This document shows positions 8,003-14,244 of a stretch of DNA of 14,244 nucleotides, piece by piece. The DNA is taken from contig JAYZAY010000057.1 of NCBI GenBank assembly GCA_036339465.1, positions 1 to 14,244 on the forward strand. The letters are read 5' to 3'. The notes beneath the pieces are model-generated. The model saw only the letters and a list, made by a program, of their open reading frames with translations. It made no database searches and was not told the DNA's origin. The translations under genes were made by a program, and so were the position numbers. This stretch comes from Myxococcota bacterium (GTDB lineage: Bacteria > Myxococcota > XYA12-FULL-58-9 > JABJBS01). Position 1 is the stretch's first letter; the number at the start of each line of letters is the position of its first letter.

Positions 8003-9508
8003 CTACTTGGGCCCACCGAATCCAACTTTATCGTAGAGCCAACTAAGGGGCGCGGCCAAAGGACTCTCGTCTTTCTTCTTTTTCGACTCCTCCAAGCGAT
8101 TTTTTTCCCAAAAAAATCCCTCTTCCCAGCTTATTTCTGATACCCCCCTCAATGTGGTCGCCAGTGTTTCCAGTGCTTCCTCCACCTGCGGTGATTGGCG
8201 TTTTGGGTAGGTCAGACTCAGGACGTGTTTTGTTAATTTCTTCTCCGCTAAAAGGTTTTGCGCCGAAAACAATGATTTCACCTCTTCCCAGCTTTGAAAT
8301 CGATTATCTGGGTTCTTTTCCAGAGCTCCATGGATAAATGAAGCAAATTCGGAGCTGATGTCAGAGCGCATGTCTTCAATACGTGGTGGCTTTTTATGAA
8401 TATGGGCTTTGGCTGTTTTCTCTATGGTCGAAGACGTAAAAGGACATTCTCCCGTGAGAAGTTGATAAGTCATGATCCCTAAGGCGTAGATATCAGAACC
8501 TTGATGAATCGGCGCTCCCATTAGAACTTCTGGCGCTAAATAATCAGGCGTGCCAAAAACCAATCCCTTTTCATGCTCATTAATATTCATTTGGGTGAAT
8601 CGCCCCACCCCAAAATCCATCAATTTGACCGTGCCCGAAGGGGTGATCATGCAATTGGCCGGCTTGATATCCCCATGAACAATCCCTTGATTATGGGAAT
8701 AGGAGAGCCCCTCCGCTACCTGTAAAAGGATAGATAAAGTACTATCAACGGACATGGGCCCTTTATCTTTTAGTGATGTCAATAAATTGCATCCCTCGAT
8801 AAATTCCATAATCATGAAGTAAGTTGCATAATGCGATTCCATATCAAAGATCTGAACGATATTGGGATGACTTAAGGTAGCAATAATTTGCGCCTCTTGA
8901 ATAAATCGGTCCCGAAACTGTTTGTTGAAAACCAATGAGTGGTTGAGCATCTTGATCGCAACCGGTCTTTTAAGAGCACGATTGTAAGCATGGTATACTT
9001 GGGAGGTGCTCCCCTGCCCTAATTTATCCACCACTTGATATTTGCCCACTTGGCTAAGACCATTTTCCGACAATCTGGCCCCGATCGTATCCGATAGAAA
9101 TTGGGCCAGAGGCGGATGGCTAGAAAGTAAAAAGTAAAGCGAATCTTTAGACCACGAAAGGGTGACGACCTCGGAGAGAGCGACTACATTTCGGCTTCTT
9201 GGCATTTCGGTAATAAAACCCATTTCACCGAATATATTCCCCGCTCCGAGCTCGACGGACATCTTTTGTCTTTTGTCCGATGAATCAATGGGTACTTGGA
9301 CTATCCCGGAATAGAGAAGATGGAGGTCATTGTCTCGCTCGCCCTGCTTGATGATTAAGGTAGCCGCAGTATAGCCATTCACCTTGGCATTCTTGGCCGC
9401 CTCAACCAAACTGGCATTGTCGGCTTCCCTGAATCCATCCATCCGAGCCAAGAACTTTACAATTTCGGCCTCGTTTAGCTTGACGGCCAACTCTGAGTCA
9501 TTCGACAT
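8003..9508 (-). CDS. Cyclic-nucleotide-binding domain fused to a Hanks-type Ser/Thr protein kinase
   Basis: N-terminal cNMP domain ('IIKQGE', 'FGEMGFITEMPRSRNV'). Kinase motifs LGQGSTSQVY, VAIK, HGDIKPAN, DFG, GTPDYLAPE and SDIYALG. A GGAG RBS lies 9 nt upstream of the ATG. Confidence 0.93.
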   Translation of the reverse strand: MSNDSELAVKLNEAEIVKFLARMDGFREADNASLVEAAKNAKVNGYTAATLIIKQGERDNDLHLLYSGIVQVPIDSSDKRQKMSVELGAGNIFGEMGFITEMPRSRNVVALSEVVTLSWSKDSLYFLLSSHPPLAQFLSDTIGARLSENGLSQVGKYQVVDKLGQGSTSQVYHAYNRALKRPVAIKMLNHSLVFNKQFRDRFIQEAQIIATLSHPNIVQIFDMESHYATYFMIMEFIEGCNLLTSLKDKGPMSVDSTLSILLQVAEGLSYSHNQGIVHGDIKPANCMITPSGTVKLMDFGVGRFTQMNINEHEKGLVFGTPDYLAPEVLMGAPIHQGSDIYALGIMTYQLLTGECPFTSSTIEKTAKAHIHKKPPRIEDMRSDISSEFASFIHGALEKNPDNRFQSWEEVKSLFSAQNLLAEKKLTKHVLSLTYPKRQSPQVEEALETLATTLRGVSEISWEEGFFWEKNRLEESKKKKDESPLAAPLSWLYDKVGFGGPK

Positions 9509-9532
9509 TACCCCATACTCCGTATTTTAATC

Positions 9533-9561
9533 ATTTTAAGAACGACATTTTTAGAAGACAA
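9533..9561 (-). promoter_or_regulatory. Putative sigma70 promoter for the kinase gene
   Basis: On the minus strand: TTGTCT (9561-9556), 17-bp spacer, TAAAAT (9538-9533), ending 24 nt upstream of the ATG. Confidence 0.4.
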
Positions 9562-10286
9562 GTGGCAACAAAAAACACTGAAACATCCATTCTCTCTCCC
9601 CTTAGCTCACCTAATCACAGCAGCCAATTGTTGGACGGTGCCTATGAGCTTCCTGCTCCATAGCCTCCAGCAACAAGGTAAAAGTGAGCCGACCAAAGTC
9701 GGGTCGGTTTTTGGTCCAGTCTTCACGGTAGACCACCTCAAATTTTTTTGCCCCCATCCATCAGCCCCGAAAGAATTCAGATCATCTTGTGCTCATAAAT
9801 GTTTTTTTGCAAAAGACCTCCCCCCGTATCTAGTGGGTCGGGGCCAAGTCTACAAGCTCAAGACTCATTTGAATGGCTCTTTATGCAACTTTTAGCAGTG
9901 AGCGATTGTTCTGATTGTCTCAGATGGAGAACGAACCTGCTTGCATGCAGGATTTTGCGCTGCTTCGTTTCTCTCTTTTATTGCCGGGTAGAATTGTATC
10001 TGAAGATATTTGACGCTCTTAGAACGTGCTACACGTAGATACGATTTAACTTTAACCAAGCCATTTTAGTCGGGCTTGAATCGGGGCTCTGTGGGCGGAG
10101 GAAATAGTCTGCACAATGATGAGATTGGCTAAACCTGAGCACAACACCCACATCACCGTAGTATGGTTTTCGCTGGAGGTGTGATGGTGGGAGTCGGTGC
10201 CCAGTGCTCTGATACCGAAAGACCTAAGCACCAGAAGCCACAGAAATTACTCGGAAACCGAAGACCACAATGTTAGAATCAAAGCA

Positions 10287-10766
10287 CTAGTTTAAGCCGC
10301 AAGTGTTTTCGGCGGTGGTGGCATCGATGCTTTTGGCATCAATGTTGATGCTTTCAACCACACCGTCATTGACGACCATAGAAAAACGCTTGCAGCGAAG
10401 GCCCATGCCGACATTTGTGAGGTCCAGTTCCAAACCCATGGCTTTAGTCAGTTTCGCACTTCCGTCCGCGACCATGGTGACTTTACCGGCTGCCCCTGAA
10501 GCGTTGCCCCAAGCGTCCATGACATATACGTCATTGACCGCAAGACAAATGATATCGTCGAATCCCTTATCTTTGATACTGTCTGCATTTGCGACATAGC
10601 CAGGGAGATGAGTTTTGTGGCAGCCTGGCGTAAAGGCTCCAGGGACACCAAAAAGTGCAATCTTTTTACCTGCCAAGAGTGAATGGAGGGTCACTTCTTC
10701 TGGGCCTTCGGCCCCCATCTTCTTCACTTTACCCTCTGGAAGTTTGTCGCCGGTTTGAAGTGTCAT
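10287..10766 (-). CDS. Peroxiredoxin, Prx5/type II (redoxin) family
   Basis: 159 aa with the peroxidatic motif 'GVPGAFTPGCHKTHLPGY', plus 'CLAVNDVYVMDAWG', 'MVADGS' and 'GMGLRCKRFSMVVNDGVV'. Confidence 0.93.
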   Translation of the reverse strand: MTLQTGDKLPEGKVKKMGAEGPEEVTLHSLLAGKKIALFGVPGAFTPGCHKTHLPGYVANADSIKDKGFDDIICLAVNDVYVMDAWGNASGAAGKVTMVADGSAKLTKAMGLELDLTNVGMGLRCKRFSMVVNDGVVESINIDAKSIDATTAENTCGLN

Positions 10767-10844
10767 AATACTTGTCCTTTCGCTTCGTCTAATTGGTTGT
10801 GGGTGTTTTGGTCACCCAAGAGACTTGGTAGCAAGGTCTGTGAG

Positions 10845-11712
10845 CTAAGGGAAGATTGAGGAAACGAAAACAGGCGCGTTTTTGATGATTATCGTGGTGA
10901 CTGTTTTTTTTCGGGGATACTTCTGGAGTGGGCGTGGGTTTGTCGCGGGCGGGGAAATGATGAAATATGTTGCATGGGATGCGGGCGTTGAAGCTGATGA
11001 CTCTTCATCATTGAGCAATGGGAATCGCAATTTTCCCTCCGATACTTGAGGACGGAGTTTCCGGTAGTATCGGGGAACTCGCCGTAATTACCCAAGGATT
11101 TCATAGTCACAGAAGGTCCTATTCTCAATGTGGACCACACCTTTTACAATGCCAGAGGTGTTGGCTAGAAAGGGATTGGCTGGTTGTTCTGCACAAAAAT
11201 AGGGCAAAGATATCGATTGTGAGGTGGGCGCTACCGAAAAGTTTGCGTTTTTTCCTGTGTACCATTTTACTTTGTAAACCCACCACGTCCCTTTTCGCTT
11301 GATTTGGGATAGTTTTTTCATGAAGAGGTGAACTATTTCGTCGGCTTTTTTTGCAGCAGGTAGGGTGGGAGCAGGGTAAGAGGGAAAGTGGGACTCAGGC
11401 TGGGAGGGGTTGAAACGAGGTTTGCCATAGGCGTGATCTTGAGCCTCTCTATACACAAAAATTGGCATTCAATTCCATACTCGGAGTCAATGCGGTCGGA
11501 TCATTTGCCAGCAACCCCACGAGGATTGAATCCAAAGGGGCGGCCAAGCACGTGGCCACAAAAACAATACCCCAATCCAGGCCCGTTTCACTGAGGCTCT
11601 GTGGATTCACGAAAATGCTATAGCTCATGGTGAGGAATGTGGTGATGCCCGCTAATGTTTCGTTTTTCGGGTCTGCTGCATGCTCATTCAGGCTGAAGAT
11701 CCGATCCAACAT
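10845..11712 (-). pseudogene. Eroded NCS2/AzgA-family purine permease pseudogene
   Basis: From ATG 11712 the frame reads 'MLDRIFSL...ETLAGITTFLTMSYSIFVNPQSLSETGLDWGIVFVATCLAA...GLLANDPTALTPSMELNA', which matches the AzgA N-terminus (E..AG.TTFLTMAYI.FVNP...ANYP.ALAPGMGLNAFF) with substitutions at conserved sites. It stops at TAG 11451-11449. In-frame 'LWQT' follows and then more stops. The extent beyond ~11400 is uncertain, and the span is shorter than a full-length gene. Confidence 0.75.
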
Positions 11713-11908
11713 GCTCAATATCCACTCAGAAAAGGCCGTGCCGACTTTCGAGTGGATTTTGGCTATTTTCGGTGGTGGCGGTCACCACAATTGGGGCCAA
11801 CCCACCTTCGAACCGGGCATTTTCTTTTATGGTGAGTGGAACTGCCATGATGGGCAGAGCTTTGCTTGATCTAAACTGCTAGCCCGATTCTAATAGGAGT
11901 GAGGCTTT

Positions 11909-12805
11909 TTGCTAGGGAGATATCTGTTGGCGAGCCCGGTGGTTCTCATTACAGGAAGTAGCTCTGGTGTAGGACTTGAGCTACTGAGGCTTCTACAAAA
12001 AAAGGGGCAATATCGAATTGTGGCCACCGCCCGACCGGATTCCTGCGGGCGGTTTGCTGAGTATGGCATCCAAGACTCGGAAAATCTCTTGATTCAAGAG
12101 TTGGAAGTGAGCGATTTTGAGAGTCATCGGGAGGTTGTTGAAAGGGCCTGCACCAAATGGGGCACCGTAAATATCTTGGTGAATAACGCGGGTATATCCT
12201 ACCGGTCGGCCATCGAAGACATGAGCCCAGAGGAGGAGGTTGACCAAATGACGGTGAATTACTTGGGACCCATCAATTTGATTCGCTTGGTGATTCCTTT
12301 GATGCGAGCTCAGGGTTTTGGGCGGATCATTAATGTTTCGTCGGTAGGAGGTATGATGGCGATGCCCACCATGGGCTCCTACTCTGCGTCTAAATGGGCT
12401 CTTGAAGGTGTGAGCGAGGCGCTTTGGTATGAACTCCGTCCCTGGAATATTCATGTGTCATTGGTGCAGCCGGGGTTTATTAACTCCGATGGATTCACCC
12501 GAGTTCGGATTCCACAATTGTTGATAGATTCGCCGGAAATGTCGGTTTATGGGGCCTGTTATGACTCCATGGCCGCTTTCGTCCATCGGCTTATGGTCCG
12601 CTCACCTTCGAGTGCCCTACATGTCGCGAAAGTGATTTTGAAAACCATGGGTAAAGAGCATCCGCATCTTCGCGTGCCCGGAACATGGGATGCTTTCTTT
12701 TTTCATATGCTTCGGCGTTTATTGCCGCGTTCTCTTTACCACAGAATTCTTTATATGGGACTGCCTGGAAAAACGAAATGGGGTAACCATGAAACCGACA
12801 CATGA
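11909..12805 (+). CDS. Short-chain dehydrogenase/reductase (classical SDR)
   Basis: TGSSSGVG cofactor loop, NNAG, catalytic Ser in NVSS, YSASK, and 'VQPGFI'. The start is TTG at 11909 or 11927, each with an SD-like sequence upstream. Confidence 0.92.
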   Translation: MLGRYLLASPVVLITGSSSGVGLELLRLLQKKGQYRIVATARPDSCGRFAEYGIQDSENLLIQELEVSDFESHREVVERACTKWGTVNILVNNAGISYRSAIEDMSPEEEVDQMTVNYLGPINLIRLVIPLMRAQGFGRIINVSSVGGMMAMPTMGSYSASKWALEGVSEALWYELRPWNIHVSLVQPGFINSDGFTRVRIPQLLIDSPEMSVYGACYDSMAAFVHRLMVRSPSSALHVAKVILKTMGKEHPHLRVPGTWDAFFFHMLRRLLPRSLYHRILYMGLPGKTKWGNHETDT

Positions 12806-13259
12806 TGACTGGACGGATTTAGGTTTTCGTCTCTTGTTTAGTACGATTTTTTTGGGTCTTGGGGGGGAGCATTTGTTTCAAGATGAACTGGTCCAAAAGC
12901 TCATGCCCGATTGGTTTATCTATAAACGGGTTTTATCCATTCTGGCGGGTCTGGTTTTGGTCTGTGGGGGCTTGGCTGTGGTTACGGCTTTTCATTTGCG
13001 GTATGCGGCGATGATGTTGGCCGGATTTCTTGTAACCGTGACGACTCTTATTCACTTGCCGGAATTGAGCGGCACGCCCAGTGGATTAACGGAGGACTGG
13101 GTTTGGCTCTGGCAAGTTTTTCAGCGAAGTAATTTTGTTAAGAATCTTTGCTTATTAGGAGTTTGTATTCACTTGATGACTTATCAGCCCGGCTGTTTCA
13201 CACTCCAAAAAATTCTGCGTTATTACCGTGACAAAGCGGACTCAAAACCCTCGATTTAA
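12789..13259 (+). CDS. DoxX-family membrane protein
   Basis: Likely start ATG 12789, overlapping the SDR 3' end by 17 bp. It has about four hydrophobic segments, with 'FRLLFSTIFL..G.EHL', 'AAMMLAGFLV.VT.LIH' and 'NFVKNLCLLG' typical of DoxX. Confidence 0.75.
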   Translation: MKPTHDDWTDLGFRLLFSTIFLGLGGEHLFQDELVQKLMPDWFIYKRVLSILAGLVLVCGGLAVVTAFHLRYAAMMLAGFLVTVTTLIHLPELSGTPSGLTEDWVWLWQVFQRSNFVKNLCLLGVCIHLMTYQPGCFTLQKILRYYRDKADSKPSI

Positions 13260-13423
13260 GCATCTCTGCTAGGGTTGGTAAGCTGGGTCCTCTTTTTCGT
13301 TGGATGAAACGGGTTTGTATTCCCAGATTCAAAGAGGTTTGAGAAACCCCATGCTTTAGCCTAAGGGGCATGCCCCACTGTTCTGAGTCGATTTTCTGTC
13401 TCGAATGTGATAAAGCCCTGTCC

Positions 13424-13876
13424 ATGAAGATTTGGATCGATGCGGATGCTTGTCCCAAGCCGGTGAAAGAAATCGTTTTGCGTGCCTCGGAGCGTCGTCA
13501 AGTGCCGGTTACTTTTGTCGCCAATCAATTTATTCCCACGCCCAACGTGGATTGGATTACCTCGGTGCAAGTGCCCCAGGGGATGGACGTGGCCGATAAC
13601 TATATTGTTCAGCATTTGTCTCCCGAAGATTTGGTGGTGACCCAGGATGTTCCTTTGGCGGCCGAAGTGGTGGAAAAAGGAGCCATGGCCATCAGCAATC
13701 ATGGCGTAACTTGGACAGAAGAGAATGTGCGTGAAAAGCTCTCGCTGCGGGACTTTTTCACCGAGGCGCGAGAGGCGGGTATCATGACCGGGGGGCCGAC
13801 TCCCTATGACAACAAAGCGAAACAAGCCTTTGCCAATGCCCTAGATCGCTGGCTCACTGCGGTGCTGAATCCTTGA
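13424..13876 (+). CDS. yaiI: YaiI/YqxD (UPF0178, DUF188) PIN-like protein
   Basis: Starts with 'MKIWIDADACPKPVKE' and contains 'DVADNYIV', 'DLVVTQDVPLAA' and 'AFANALDR'. Start moved to ATG 13424 to match the family N-terminus. Confidence 0.88.
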   Translation: MKIWIDADACPKPVKEIVLRASERRQVPVTFVANQFIPTPNVDWITSVQVPQGMDVADNYIVQHLSPEDLVVTQDVPLAAEVVEKGAMAISNHGVTWTEENVREKLSLRDFFTEAREAGIMTGGPTPYDNKAKQAFANALDRWLTAVLNP

Positions 13877-13911
13877 ATATTGTGCTGGTTGTCGGTTTTT
13901 TTTGTGAAGTG

Positions 13912-14133
13912 TCAAGTGCTGGTTCGAAGCATAGAAATGCCACACTTGCGACATTTTACCTTTTCTACACTGGCCCCTGCTCCAAAATAGAATTGAACTT
14001 CTAGCAACTCAAAATCATGAAACCCCATCCAACAGGCAACCCGATAATACATCGGTGGAGGATTCTCCAATTCCGATAGCGGGAGATCCTCTGGTGGCGA
14101 CTGATCACGCCATTGTTGGGGTAGCCTTGGCAT
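13912..14133 (-). CDS. Small hypothetical Cys/His protein, possible zinc-binding
   Basis: 73-aa ORF with C-x4-H (CWMGFH) and C-x2-C (CRKCG), convergent on yaiI. The true start is uncertain and may be downstream. Confidence 0.5.
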   Translation of the reverse strand: MPRLPQQWRDQSPPEDLPLSELENPPPMYYRVACWMGFHDFELLEVQFYFGAGASVEKVKCRKCGISMLRTST

Positions 14134-14244
14134 CAGGCGATGATATCATAGAATATCCTTGTTGTGAGTATGCTATTTTCGGTTTTTATGGCCCCAGAAA
14201 AGTATGGTGTTGTTCATGGTGAGATGGTGAGGCCCACTCTGGTA

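Noticed and set aside
10191..10200. gagtcggtgc, identical to the 3' end of the SpCas9 tracrRNA
   Set aside because: Only a 10-nt match, with no cas genes, CRISPR repeats or rest of the scaffold.
10889..11869. Short overlapping ORFs (10889-11140, 11018-11302, 11088-11468, 11388-11594, 11627-11869)
   Set aside because: Better explained as alternate frames or antisense of the decayed NCS2 gene.
11993..13825. Antisense ORFs 11993-12454, 12591-12803, 13198-13458 and 13361-13825
   Set aside because: Shadows of the well-supported SDR, DoxX and YaiI genes, with no motifs of their own.

Overview
Bacterial chromosomal window of roughly mid GC; the gene content suggests a diderm, probably deltaproteobacteria/Myxococcota-like, but the lineage is an inference. 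In order it holds: a LolA-like lipoprotein-sorting protein and a probable outer-membrane protein (+); a type IV toxin-antitoxin AbiEi/AbiEii pair with a sigma70 promoter flanked by a repeated operator-like element (+); about 1.4 kb of apparently decayed sequence; an 826-aa orphan-like ORF (+); a cNMP-binding/Ser-Thr kinase fusion (-); a Prx5-type peroxiredoxin (-); an eroded NCS2/AzgA permease pseudogene (-); an SDR-DoxX pair and a YaiI/YqxD gene (+); and a small Cys/His protein (-). The most unusual signal is the 826-aa ORF. It carries most hallmark motifs of a GT-B (GT28, MurG/UgtP/MGDG-synthase-like) glycosyltransferase, but in a non-canonical, apparently block-shuffled order within one uninterrupted frame. 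No tRNA, rRNA, CRISPR array or intact mobile element was recognised. All family calls are by-eye motif recognition, with no database searches.
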